Source of the DNA: a bacterium
GTDB taxonomy: Bacteria > Patescibacteriota > JACMRA01
Reading direction: 5' to 3'
DNA length: 45,329 bases
Assembly (NCBI GenBank): GCA_043778575.1
Contig: JAYWFX010000101.1
Coordinates: forward strand, 1-45,329
Shown here piece by piece: positions 17,044-26,242 of this stretch. The notes under the pieces were generated by a model. It was not told the DNA's origin, searched no databases, and was given only the letters and a program-made list of their open reading frames with translations. Numbering within the stretch: position 1 is the stretch's first letter; the number at the start of each line of letters is the position of its first letter. The position numbers and the translations under genes were made by a program.

Positions 17044-18969
17044 CTATCTGCTAATCAGGTTGACACCTCGCTGAATTTCACCTCCATCCACAATCAACCT
17101 TTTGTCTGGATCGTATCTGTGAACTATCTCTCTTCCTAGGCTTAGAGATGGTGTCATCAAACCAGATTGACCTATAAATCTGAGATTCTGAGAATTGCTA
17201 GTTTTTGGTAAGGAAAACGTAGTGTCTACTGTTGTCGTTTCTTGGTCACTGAGATATAATCCTAGTACTTTACTAGTATCAAGTTGATTATACACAAATC
17301 CTTGATCTTCTTCGTGATAACTATTTAGTATTTCCTGTATTTGAGGCTGAGTCACAGATGTAGATTTGAGCAGGTTTTTATTTAATTGCTTAATATACGG
17401 TAAATATAGTCCCATGTTTCGCTTTTGTGGTGAGCTGATCTTCAAATCAAAAGCCTCTTTAGGTAGTTGAAATCCAAAAAATGTTAATGGTGAGACAGTG
17501 TTTAATCCTCGTCTTAGTACTGGTTGGTTGGGTAAAATCTGTTTGTATGTAATGTGATACCTAACAGAGTTACTGTCCTGACTTTCTTGATATATATTAA
17601 ATCGATTTTCTGTGATGAGTCCACGTTTGTCGCCCGATATGTTTGAAATTAGAGGTGAAATCACTTGTTGAGACACTTGATTCTGACAGGTTCCAGATTG
17701 CGAGAGTCCAATTTGTTTGCTAAACAATTCAGCCTTATTATCTTTAATCCAGATTTGTATATTCCGATTCAGTATTTCAGATCCCAAAATGGTCGCCAGT
17801 GAAATCTTCGGTCGCTTCATTATCTCTTCAAAAAGTTTTGTAAATATAGTAGAAATTTTAGCCTTAGGATTATCAGGAGTTTTAGTTTCGTAGGATGTAA
17901 TACGTTCTACTTCATCTAAAAAGTTTGTTTTGTTTATTATTAGCCCATCGACATTAATTGCAATATCTCCATCTAAAGCCATAAACACAGCTGGGTTTAC
18001 AAATATAATGCCATCGTTTTTACCACCATTACTGTTATCCTCGATTTGTTTTGACACAAAAGATGCTGTATCGCGGAAACAGTTAAAATAGTTTGAATCA
18101 TGAATATTAGGTTTAAATTCAGTCTCCCCTCTAGAGTTTAAAGAAAACATATAACTGGCCGGATGAGTAATAAAATCATTTTGTGATCCACCATCAAAAT
18201 TATAAATTGATTGACTTTTTGATATCCTCATCTTGCCCTTAAACAGCTCTATGTTTATGTAAGATCCTGTAAATCCTCCAGTAGGTCTTGATTCTCCTAT
18301 ATTTTGAGAAAATAGTGTGTAATACTGATTACCGTTGTGACCAATTATTTTCAATATTTCATTTTTGTTATCACTCAGTAATTCTAGTGTGTCTATAATC
18401 TTTCCGATGGTTGAAAATAGTGTAATCACTTTTTTTTGAGAGAGTAGGGAGGCTAAGACGTTTATCCATGTAGTGCTGTTTAGTAACTTCTTAGCTTTTT
18501 CTATAAAAGCGGGCAATTTTTTTAGGAATTCTGCAATATCATCGCTAAAGTCTGTTTTGTTGTGTATGTTCTCAAATCCATTAATGCTCAGTATGTAGTA
18601 TTTGGAAAAATCAATCATTTCTGACCAGATATTTGCTAGTTCCGCTGTTTGATTAAACACAGTACTAATATATAAATCTGAAAAAGGAATAATGCTTGTT
18701 ATGGTCGATGTGTCTGATTTTACATACTGTTTTAATTCGTCGATATTTTCATACGTTTTACCGCTTACAATTTGAGATATTATGTTCAAGTACTGTGATT
18801 TTGACCTTTGAATCTTTGTATTGGTCGTGTTTATGGCAAAGATACTTATGACTATTGTGTATGTTAAGCAGATTGAAAGTGTTTGTATACACACGAACTT
18901 TACACCAGCATATTGTTTTTTACATGCAAATACCGAAAAAAAGCTATATTTTAATCCAACAAAAGACAT
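17044..18969 (-). CDS. DUF4012 domain envelope protein
   Basis: 641 aa with an N-terminal TM. LFSQNIGESRPTGGFTGSYINIEL matches my recollection of the DUF4012 core motif (FQN..E.R.TGG..GSY). The stop is 1 nt before the next start. Confidence 0.55.
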   Translation of the reverse strand: MSFVGLKYSFFSVFACKKQYAGVKFVCIQTLSICLTYTIVISIFAINTTNTKIQRSKSQYLNIISQIVSGKTYENIDELKQYVKSDTSTITSIIPFSDLYISTVFNQTAELANIWSEMIDFSKYYILSINGFENIHNKTDFSDDIAEFLKKLPAFIEKAKKLLNSTTWINVLASLLSQKKVITLFSTIGKIIDTLELLSDNKNEILKIIGHNGNQYYTLFSQNIGESRPTGGFTGSYINIELFKGKMRISKSQSIYNFDGGSQNDFITHPASYMFSLNSRGETEFKPNIHDSNYFNCFRDTASFVSKQIEDNSNGGKNDGIIFVNPAVFMALDGDIAINVDGLIINKTNFLDEVERITSYETKTPDNPKAKISTIFTKLFEEIMKRPKISLATILGSEILNRNIQIWIKDNKAELFSKQIGLSQSGTCQNQVSQQVISPLISNISGDKRGLITENRFNIYQESQDSNSVRYHITYKQILPNQPVLRRGLNTVSPLTFFGFQLPKEAFDLKISSPQKRNMGLYLPYIKQLNKNLLKSTSVTQPQIQEILNSYHEEDQGFVYNQLDTSKVLGLYLSDQETTTVDTTFSLPKTSNSQNLRFIGQSGLMTPSLSLGREIVHRYDPDKRLIVDGGEIQRGVNLISR

Positions 18970-19013
18970 CCTATAAAGGATGAATATATTTTATTTGCAT
19001 TTTAGTCCAATAG

Positions 19014-19451
19014 CTATTTTTTGCCTAGATTTAAACTAGATTTCAATTTAGAATAGTATCTCATTTCTAGGTTCAAGCTACGGATAATATATCTCAGTGT
19101 GAAAAACATTATTACAGTGAACCAGCAAAAACCGATGATAAGCCATATTCTAGCACCCAGGAATCCCACTTGTGTTTGTCTCATCATGAACCATACCAAA
19201 CCTAGTACGCCCATCCAAAACAAATTATTAGCAAGAAACGGCAACTTGCTCTTTAAGGGGTTTCGATTGTTTAAAAATTGATTAGAAACAAATAATATTA
19301 TAGCAATTGTCACAAATGATGCAAATGTATATATAAACAAATAATAAATAAAGCTATTCATCTGCACTACTGGAGTAACCGAAGAATTACCAGCGATACC
19401 TTCTAGCCAATATTTGATATCTGATAGTTTTGACTGGTCTATGTATGACAT
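19014..19451 (-). CDS. small integral membrane protein (3-4 TM), unknown function
   Basis: 145-aa hydrophobic ORF 19 nt downstream of rpoA, in the position where rplQ is normally found. Confidence 0.5.
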   Translation of the reverse strand: MSYIDQSKLSDIKYWLEGIAGNSSVTPVVQMNSFIYYLFIYTFASFVTIAIILFVSNQFLNNRNPLKSKLPFLANNLFWMGVLGLVWFMMRQTQVGFLGARIWLIIGFCWFTVIMFFTLRYIIRSLNLEMRYYSKLKSSLNLGKK

Positions 19452-19470
19452 AATATGACTATGTAAGTCC

Positions 19471-20400
19471 TTAATTTAAATCGTTGACGTACTCTTGAAT
19501 GGATTTGAGAGATTTTTCGGTTATACCTGTAAATTCTGACACCTCAGCCAATCTAGTTAATAGCTGATCATTGGTATTGATACCATTTTTATCTAAGATA
19601 CTTTTAATTCTAGGGCTTAATTGAATATCACTTTCAATAGGTGTCTCAGTATTTATTGTTGTTGGCAAAGCTTTTACCGTATCCTTGGAAGGAGTAACAG
19701 CAAGTCCTGATTCAATTTTGGAAAATAATTCAATGAGATTATGTAGTATAAAGTTTACTATGTCTGATGGTGATACACTACCGTCAGTCTCAAAATTCAC
19801 ATCAAGCTTGTCATAATTAGTTTTGTCACCAACACGGACTTGCTCTACTTTTATGGATGCTGCAGTAACTGGACTAAATAGAGCATCTACTAAGATATCT
19901 TGAGGGTTAATATTGCCAGCCAGATTTATGTCTTCTAAATGAAGATATCCAACACCTCTCGATACTTCAACTTCAAGCTCAAGAGGGTAACCCTTGTTAA
20001 GTGAGCAGATATATAAGTCTGGATTAGTAATAATTACACTGGTATGAGAATCAAATGATGCAGCTGTCACAGAACCTTCCTTGTTTACAGATAATTTCAA
20101 AGTAGCTTTATCCTCATCAGAAGTGATGTTACAACATAGTAGTTTTAAATTTAGAATTACATCTAATGCATCTTCTACTACACCCTCAATGATTTGATAC
20201 TCGTGTGTTAAATTATTTATTCTTACCCTAGTCACAGCAACACCAGGCACGGAAGATAGTAAAAATCTTCTGATTGAATTCCCAATTGTATAACCAAACC
20301 CAGGCAAGAGTGGTTGAACTGTGAATGTGTGATTAGTAGGGGTGTGATTTACTAATTGAGAATTAATTGTAGGGTATTTTAAATCGAGTGAGGCCAGCAT
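19471..20400 (-). CDS. rpoA: DNA-directed RNA polymerase subunit alpha
   Basis: 309 aa. NTD motif GYTIGNSIRRFLLSSVPGVAVTRVRI. C-terminal helix-hairpin-helix CTD LSPRIKSILDKNGINTNDQLL. Confidence 0.93.
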   Translation of the reverse strand: MLASLDLKYPTINSQLVNHTPTNHTFTVQPLLPGFGYTIGNSIRRFLLSSVPGVAVTRVRINNLTHEYQIIEGVVEDALDVILNLKLLCCNITSDEDKATLKLSVNKEGSVTAASFDSHTSVIITNPDLYICSLNKGYPLELEVEVSRGVGYLHLEDINLAGNINPQDILVDALFSPVTAASIKVEQVRVGDKTNYDKLDVNFETDGSVSPSDIVNFILHNLIELFSKIESGLAVTPSKDTVKALPTTINTETPIESDIQLSPRIKSILDKNGINTNDQLLTRLAEVSEFTGITEKSLKSIQEYVNDLN

Positions 20401-20446
20401 ATTTTTGTAATTATTAAGTGTTAAATTTATCGGTTTTGTTGTTGTG

Positions 20447-20523
20447 TGGTGGGTATAACTGGATTCGAACCAGTGACCTCTTCATTATCAGTGAAGTGCT
20501 CTAACCAACTGAGCTACACACCC
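20447..20523 (-). tRNA. tRNA-Ile (anticodon GAU), CCA encoded
   Basis: The reverse complement folds as acceptor GGGTGTG/TATACCC (two G:U pairs), D arm GCTC-AGTTGGTTA-GAGC, anticodon arm CTTCA-CTGATAA-TGAAG, T arm ACTGG-TTCGAAT-CCAGT, then A plus CCA. Confidence 0.9.
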
Positions 20524-20543
20524 ATAAACCAAAGACCAATATT

Positions 20544-20966
20544 TTATTGACCAAGCATGATTTTTACTCCTTTTGTCAAGTATATTGAATCACTTGAAAC
20601 TACTGTAAATGTTAGTGTTTCTTTTTTACCCTTGTAGACACGAACTGTTTTTACTCTATGATCGACGATCTTGTTTTCAATTAGTGTTTGCAAGTTTATT
20701 TCTTGTTTAGGAAACATACTATCAATAACATCTGCATTGATAGTGGCTAGATCTTTTCTAGGTCTTGCATTGAATCCCCTTAGTTTAGGTGTTCTACGAA
20801 GCAAAGTTTTCTGTCCACCCTCAAAGCCAATGCGAACTCCTTGACCATGTTTGTTTTGACCTTTGTGACCTTTACCAGAGTTTTTACCCCTGTTTGATCC
20901 CTGTCCACGACCAACACGTTTATTACGCTTGCTACTCGACTTTTCTAATGTGTGTAATGTAAACAT
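20544..20966 (-). CDS. rplO: 50S ribosomal protein L15 (uL15)
   Basis: [21 protein letters not shown], the Gly/Lys-rich uL15 N-terminal signature. Confidence 0.92.
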   Translation of the reverse strand: MFTLHTLEKSSSKRNKRVGRGQGSNRGKNSGKGHKGQNKHGQGVRIGFEGGQKTLLRRTPKLRGFNARPRKDLATINADVIDSMFPKQEINLQTLIENKIVDHRVKTVRVYKGKKETLTFTVVSSDSIYLTKGVKIMLGQ

Positions 20967-20979
20967 ATTTTAATTTTTT

Positions 20980-21585
20980 TTACTCAATTACGGTCTTATC
21001 ACTAGATTTCTCAACTTCATCCTCAGCTGTTTCTGAAACTATCGAAGCTATGATTAGGCTATTTTCCTCAGATATAGAATACATTGGCGATACTCCTAAA
21101 TCAGATACTTTAATAACATCAGAATGAATTTTCATAGTACTAATATCAACTTTAATAACACTAGGTAAACTATCTGGAAGCGCTTCAACCTTGAGAGATT
21201 TATGTTGAGTTTCTAGTATTCCCCCAGTTTCCTTGATAGCCGGTGATTCACCGATAAACTCTAAAGGAACCTCTGCTGTAATTTTTATTTTTAAATCTAC
21301 TACAATTAAATCCGCATGCTGCAATTTACTGGTAACCGGATGAATATGAAAATTATGCAGAATACATGGTAGGGTAGACTTGTTTTGATCTATGATTAAT
21401 TCGACTACACCAGTAGTTCCAACCGCTTTAAATGCTTTTATGAAATCTCTATGTGAAACCTGCAGGCTAATTGACTCTACTTTATTACTATACGCAACTA
21501 TAGGTAAAAAACCTTCTTTCCGGAGTTTTCTAACATCATGTCCTAGGTGTGTTCTGGTCGTAGCATTCAACTGATAATGAGACAT
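20980..21585 (-). CDS. rplY: 50S ribosomal protein L25 / Ctc form (bL25)
   Basis: 201 aa. L.A..R...G...RKLRKEGF.P.V.Y N-terminal pattern plus a Ctc-type C-terminal domain. Confidence 0.85.
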   Translation of the reverse strand: MSHYQLNATTRTHLGHDVRKLRKEGFLPIVAYSNKVESISLQVSHRDFIKAFKAVGTTGVVELIIDQNKSTLPCILHNFHIHPVTSKLQHADLIVVDLKIKITAEVPLEFIGESPAIKETGGILETQHKSLKVEALPDSLPSVIKVDISTMKIHSDVIKVSDLGVSPMYSISEENSLIIASIVSETAEDEVEKSSDKTVIE

Positions 21586-21588
21586 ATT

Positions 21589-22179
21589 TTAACTATTTAA
21601 ATTGTAAATTACAAATCTACTTACTTTTATTTTTTCTCCAGTTGACTGAGAGATTTGATGTATGTAGTCTTGTACTGATATATCTGGATTTCTGAGAAAG
21701 GATTGACTAAGGAGAGAGAAATCTTTCACAATTTTTTTACTCTTACCGAGTAAAATCTTTTCTATCATTTCTTCTGTTTTATTTTCATTTATCAACTGTT
21801 CCCTAGCCACTTTAATCTCTTCATCTATAAAATCTTGATCTAAATTTAGTTCAGAAAGAAACTTAGGTTGATATGCTGCAATGTGCAAGCAAATATCTTG
21901 ACCCAACTCTTTAAAGATAGTGCTACGTGATACAAAATCAGTTTCGCAATTCAGCTCGACCATTATACCCAGTCTATAATCATGAATATAAGAAAATATA
22001 CCACCATTTGAGGTATCTCTGTCTTGTCTAGCCTGTGCCTTTAAGACTCCTTGCTCTCTTAGATGTTTTATTATAGTATCCTCATTGCTCGATTTAAGTG
22101 AATCTATGGCTTTAGCTATTTCCTTTAGTGATAATCCAGTTTTGTATCTTATAGATTTAATAAGTTCAATGTTCGACAT
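21589..22179 (-). CDS. tsf: translation elongation factor Ts (short form)
   Basis: 196 aa. UBA-like N-terminus IKSIRYKTGLSLKEIAKAI. Core GIMVELNCETDFVSRSTIFKELGQDICLHIAA. Confidence 0.9.
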   Translation of the reverse strand: MSNIELIKSIRYKTGLSLKEIAKAIDSLKSSNEDTIIKHLREQGVLKAQARQDRDTSNGGIFSYIHDYRLGIMVELNCETDFVSRSTIFKELGQDICLHIAAYQPKFLSELNLDQDFIDEEIKVAREQLINENKTEEMIEKILLGKSKKIVKDFSLLSQSFLRNPDISVQDYIHQISQSTGEKIKVSRFVIYNLNS

Positions 22180-22194
22180 ATAATACTGATTAAT

Positions 22195-22902
22195 TTATTT
22201 TGCTTCAAATTTTTGCAATGTTCTTAAGGCTGTCTGAACTCCAGATATTTTATTTCTACTGCCAATTATCTTTGAGTATATGTTTTTGATACCAGCAAGT
22301 TCCAGTACTGGTCTAAGAAAACCTCCAGCTATGACACCAGTTCCACTCTTAGCTGGTTTAAGCATAATCTCACAGGACTTATACTTTTCCTGAATGGGAA
22401 AATCTATGCTACTTACTTCGTTAAGCTTAATTTTTATTGCGGAATCTTGAGCTTTCTTTGTTGCTTTCGCTACAGCGTCTTGAAAATCTAACCCTTTTTT
22501 CAAACCAAAACCAATTTTCCCTGCTCTATCTCCAGAAACAACAAGAGCTGAAAATCGCATTCTTTTACCACCCTTAACAACTCGAGTTATTCTTCTTACT
22601 AGTATTACTTGTGACTCAAGACTATTAGCATCTTCTTTATTTCTGTTATTTGGTCGATTTCCCCCTGGTCTTCTTCTGTCGAATCTATTACCAGGTCTAT
22701 TTGGTTGACCAACACTGCCAGACCTACCATCTGGTCTTGGAAATCTATCATTGTTTCCACGGAACCCTCCTGGTCTCTGAAATCTATTACCATCAAAAGA
22801 TCTGGTGTTGTTGGGTTGTTGGTTTTGAGTAGGTGTGCTATTAGCAGTAGTATTGTTTGAAATTGCGTTAGTAGCGGTTGTTTGTGAATCTTGATTGGTC
22901 AT
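22195..22902 (-). CDS. rpsE: 30S ribosomal protein S5 (uS5) with an N-terminal low-complexity extension of about 95 aa
   Basis: Core VILVRRITRVVKGGKRMRFSALVVSGDRAGKIGFGLKKG. The N-terminus is N/Q/T-rich, followed by three GNRF/NDRF-x-RP repeats. Confidence 0.92.
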   Translation of the reverse strand: MTNQDSQTTATNAISNNTTANSTPTQNQQPNNTRSFDGNRFQRPGGFRGNNDRFPRPDGRSGSVGQPNRPGNRFDRRRPGGNRPNNRNKEDANSLESQVILVRRITRVVKGGKRMRFSALVVSGDRAGKIGFGLKKGLDFQDAVAKATKKAQDSAIKIKLNEVSSIDFPIQEKYKSCEIMLKPAKSGTGVIAGGFLRPVLELAGIKNIYSKIIGSRNKISGVQTALRTLQKFEAK

Positions 22903-22913
22903 TTACAATAAAA

Positions 22914-23225
22914 TTAAATTTTAACTCCACTCTCTCTTATACTCTCAGCAACAGCTGCGATTCTGCCATGATAAATATTTCCATTTCTATCGAATGTTAC
23001 TTTACTGATTCCAGAATCTTTTAACCAAGCGACAAGTAATTTACCAACTGCAGTCGATTTCTCAGTTTTTGTACCACTTAAGCTTAGAGATGACGAAGTG
23101 AAAAGGGTTGATTGAGCAACTGGGTCAAATACCTGAGCAACTATATTTTTATTCGACTTACTTACTATTACTCTAATAGTCGTAGTTGATAATTTTCTTT
23201 TAGTTCGAAGTTGTTTATAGTTCAT
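22914..23225 (-). CDS. rplR: 50S ribosomal protein L18 (uL18)
   Basis: 103 aa. IRVIVSKSNKNIVAQV...FDRNGNIYHGRIAAVAESIRESG. Confidence 0.92.
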   Translation of the reverse strand: MNYKQLRTKRKLSTTTIRVIVSKSNKNIVAQVFDPVAQSTLFTSSSLSLSGTKTEKSTAVGKLLVAWLKDSGISKVTFDRNGNIYHGRIAAVAESIRESGVKI

Positions 23226-23230
23226 ATTTC

Positions 23231-23770
23231 TTACTTTGATTTCTTACCCACTTTCTTTCTATAAAATGCACCAGGGAATTTAAACCCTTTGTGTTTGTAT
23301 ACATCACAAGGTTTCAATTTGAATACATTCATAAAAAAATCACCAAGCAACTGTTTGTCTGTTGATGTACCACTTAGTACATTTTTTGCAAGAGTTAATT
23401 TAATACCATTAGGAATTACTACTTTCACCGAGTGTGAGAATCCAATGTAAAGAGTTAAATCATTTGACAATTCCATTTTAAATCCAACACCATTTAATTC
23501 AAGACTCTTGGTGTATCCTGTACTTACACCCTGAATCATATTTGAGAGGATTGCCTGTGACGTCCCCCACATCGATCGCTGACGTGTGTTTGTTGGGTTT
23601 GGAACAGTAACTTTTACCTCGTTTCCTTGTATATCAAATACAACATCAGTATGGAATTTCTGTTCTAAATGTCCTAAGACTCCGGAAACCTTGATTATTC
23701 GTGTGTTATCATCAATTTGTACAGTGACTCCACTTGGTATTGCTATTGGTTTTTTACCTATACGTGACAT
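23231..23770 (-). CDS. rplF: 50S ribosomal protein L6 (uL6)
   Basis: MSRIGKKPIAIPSGVTV...; 179 aa with the two-domain uL6 pattern. Confidence 0.93.
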   Translation of the reverse strand: MSRIGKKPIAIPSGVTVQIDDNTRIIKVSGVLGHLEQKFHTDVVFDIQGNEVKVTVPNPTNTRQRSMWGTSQAILSNMIQGVSTGYTKSLELNGVGFKMELSNDLTLYIGFSHSVKVVIPNGIKLTLAKNVLSGTSTDKQLLGDFFMNVFKLKPCDVYKHKGFKFPGAFYRKKVGKKSK

Positions 23771-23812
23771 TAATATGCTATTAAATAATTAAAATTGTTA
23801 CTTTGTCAATAT

Positions 23813-24184
23813 TCAAAATATCTGAAATAGTAATTCGCCACCTGAGTTGATTTTTTTGCACTCTATATGTGTTAATATTCCCTTTGAGGTTGATAATATA
23901 TTGAAGCCCTTCCCTCCGACAATTGATGGAAAGGTTTTAGAAGTGGAGTATACACGATGACTGGGTTTAGACACTCTTTTTATTTTGTTTATTTTTTTAT
24001 CAATTAAAGTTATTTCAAGTGTTCTATCTAATTCTTCAAACGAGCTAAAGTATCCTAAAGAAACTAATTTTCTGGTAACCTCACATACAATATTGTTTTT
24101 GAGAACTGATACTGTAGGTTTTTTAGCTAGTATTGTGTTGTTGACTCTTGCAACATAATCGCTAAGTAAATCTTGTAGGGACAT
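23813..24184 (-). CDS. rpsH: 30S ribosomal protein S8 (uS8)
   Basis: 123 aa. D.L.D...R..N, LV..GY and C-terminal GGELL pattern. Confidence 0.9.
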   Translation of the reverse strand: MSLQDLLSDYVARVNNTILAKKPTVSVLKNNIVCEVTRKLVSLGYFSSFEELDRTLEITLIDKKINKIKRVSKPSHRVYSTSKTFPSIVGGKGFNILSTSKGILTHIECKKINSGGELLFQIF

Positions 24185-24205
24185 TTTAGTATATTTAATT
24201 ATAAT

Positions 24206-24391
24206 TTATTCACTGCTCTTAAAAAATCCATTAAGCTCTCCTTTCATAGCGGCTTCACGTATACATATTCTACATAGATCAAAAAATCTATAATATCCAC
24301 GATTTCTACCGCATATTTTACATCTTCGAATTTTTCTTGTTGAGTACTTAGGTTCTTTTAATGCTTTGATTATTAGTGCTTTTCGTGCCAT
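24206..24391 (-). CDS. rpsN: 30S ribosomal protein S14, type Z (zinc-binding short form)
   Basis: 61 aa. MARKALIIK..., CKICGR...CRIC (CxxC-x-CxxC). Confidence 0.92.
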   Translation of the reverse strand: MARKALIIKALKEPKYSTRKIRRCKICGRNRGYYRFFDLCRICIREAAMKGELNGFFKSSE

Positions 24392-24406
24392 ATTGTTGTC
24401 GATAGA

Positions 24407-24970
24407 TTATTTTTTAAAAGGAAATTGTAAAGATTCTAACAATAATACATTCTCTGGTCTCGGCGTCTTAAAAACAATGTTTACTTGAAGACCAAAGCTT
24501 ACTGAGGCATCAAATCCAACAGCAGGAAAAATATTAGTATTTGGTATGCCTAAACTATAGCTTGAAAAGTTTTTACTGAATGAGTCTTTTTTAACACCTT
24601 TAAAATCTCTTGATCGCGGAAGAGCAATATATACTAAATTTAAAATAAACTCCAATGCTTTTCGCCCTCTTAAAGTTACTACTATTCCAACTACATCTCC
24701 TGTTCTAGTCTTAAAGTTAGCAATAGCTTTTTTAGCTTGTGTTTTTTTAGGCTTTTGATTTGTCATTTTCAAAATATAGTTTTCAACATCCTGAATTTGT
24801 TTTGTATCAAACTTATCCTTAGCTAACCCGATGTTTATACATACTTTTTCAATCTTTGGTAACCTAAAATAGTTTGCGTTGTTGAGGGAGGTAGAGATTT
24901 TATTAACACAATTACTTGTGAATGAATCAGTGTTTAATAATAGTGGTTGTTGAATTGTGTTTGCGGACAT
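24407..24970 (-). CDS. rplE: 50S ribosomal protein L5 (uL5)
   Basis: LPKIEKVCINIGL..., AKKAIANFKTR.GDVVGIVVTLRGRKALEFL, and LPRSRDFKGV. Confidence 0.92.
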   Translation of the reverse strand: MSANTIQQPLLLNTDSFTSNCVNKISTSLNNANYFRLPKIEKVCINIGLAKDKFDTKQIQDVENYILKMTNQKPKKTQAKKAIANFKTRTGDVVGIVVTLRGRKALEFILNLVYIALPRSRDFKGVKKDSFSKNFSSYSLGIPNTNIFPAVGFDASVSFGLQVNIVFKTPRPENVLLLESLQFPFKK

Positions 24971-24982
24971 GTTTTATAAAAT

Positions 24983-25342
24983 CTATTTTATCGTTTCTTT
25001 TACTACTGGCATACCTGTCTTTAAATAAACTCTCGTTTTGATTCCATTTAGATTTTCAATTTTTGTTCTAGATATTATATTATCGGAGGTAAGCAGAGCT
25101 AAGTTAGTAATATTAATTTTTCTATCAACTTGATTCATGATACCAGGAATTTTCTCTCCCATATATGTGCTACTCTTTCTGTAGTTTACAATTGTTGGTA
25201 TACCAGCAACGGTGGCACTTTTTATTATTTTACCATTTGCTTTTGTTTTCTTCAAAACTTTTGTAACTAAACCACAATAACCTTTATAGTTACCACTAAT
25301 AACCTTAACTTTATCACCTTTTTGAATCTTTGCAATTGACAT
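24983..25342 (-). CDS. rplX: 50S ribosomal protein L24 (uL24)
   Basis: KIQKGDKVKVISGNYKGYCGLVTKV, the KOW motif. Confidence 0.9.
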   Translation of the reverse strand: MSIAKIQKGDKVKVISGNYKGYCGLVTKVLKKTKANGKIIKSATVAGIPTIVNYRKSSTYMGEKIPGIMNQVDRKINITNLALLTSDNIISRTKIENLNGIKTRVYLKTGMPVVKETIK

Positions 25343-25360
25343 ATATTTTTTGTAATTTAC

Positions 25361-25747
25361 TTACAACACTTCTTCTGCTAATGAAACGACTTTTGAATAG
25401 CCTAAATCTCTTAATTCTCTTGCTACTGGACCAAACACACGTGTAGCTAAAGGCACGGAAATGGGATCTTTCTTAGTTGGTTTAGCAACAATTACACCAG
25501 CATTATCAGAAAATTTAATACTGCTACCGTCTTTGCGAACAATTTTATTTTTAGTTCTTACTATTAATATACTTACAACAGAACCTTTCTTAACTTTACT
25601 ACCAACGATAGACTTTTTTACTGACCCACGTGCAACACATCCTACACCTACAGATCCTCGATTATTTTTTCCATTAACTGCAAATAATGCGACTCTAACA
25701 GCTCCTGAGTTATCACATACATTCACCACACTGCGTTCAATAAGCAT
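25361..25747 (-). CDS. rplN: 50S ribosomal protein L14 (uL14). The ORF extends to 25783, but the internal Met at 25747 matches the conserved N-terminus.
   Basis: MLIERSVVNVCDNSGA... and GPVARELRDLGYSKVVSLAEEVL. Confidence 0.92.
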   Translation of the reverse strand: MLIERSVVNVCDNSGAVRVALFAVNGKNNRGSVGVGCVARGSVKKSIVGSKVKKGSVVSILIVRTKNKIVRKDGSSIKFSDNAGVIVAKPTKKDPISVPLATRVFGPVARELRDLGYSKVVSLAEEVL

Positions 25748-25793
25748 AAAATATAATTCAACGTTAAAATTTCTTTTTGTCAATTAAACTGTT

Positions 25794-26219
25794 TTAGTTA
25801 AATAAATCTTCTTTGTTTACAATTTTTGTACCAAAAGGTAATTTATGACCAGCTATTCTAAAAGCTTCTCTTACCTTGTCTTCACTAGCACCTTTTACTT
25901 CAAAAATAATTCTACCGGGTTTTACAGGAAACATAAAATAATCAATTGACCCTACACCTCCTCCCATAGTCATATTTAATCCTTTGGATGTCACTGGTCT
26001 GTTTGGGAAAACACGGATATATATCTTTGAACCTTTACACCTTTTACTGATTACTTTTCTTGCTGCTTCAATTTGTCTACTAGTTAACCAGCATGTTGTT
26101 GTAGCCTTAAGTCCAAAATCTCCTGAAACCAAGGTTGCGCCTCTATTCATTTGTCCTCTACGTTTAAGTCCGTAGCGGTTGAATATTTTTCTATGAACAA
26201 TTTTTTTAGGTGCGAGCAT
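25794..26219 (-). CDS. rplP: 50S ribosomal protein L16 (uL16)
   Basis: MLAPKKIVHRK...G..L..GDFGLKA...LTSRQIEAARKVI...KIYIRVFPN.PVT.K. Confidence 0.93.
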   Translation of the reverse strand: MLAPKKIVHRKIFNRYGLKRRGQMNRGATLVSGDFGLKATTTCWLTSRQIEAARKVISKRCKGSKIYIRVFPNRPVTSKGLNMTMGGGVGSIDYFMFPVKPGRIIFEVKGASEDKVREAFRIAGHKLPFGTKIVNKEDLFN

Positions 26220-26242
26220 ATTTTTTTCTTAGGCTTTTATAT

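Noticed and set aside
25748-25783. N-terminal extension of rplN. The same applies to 29626-29712 for rplD.
   Set aside because: The internal Met residues (MLIERS..., MPLKVH...) match conserved N-termini. The rplD extension would overlap rplC by 65 nt.
25461-25787. 108-aa plus-strand ORF
   Set aside because: It is antisense to rplN, has L/T/P-rich shadow-frame composition, and has no independent support.
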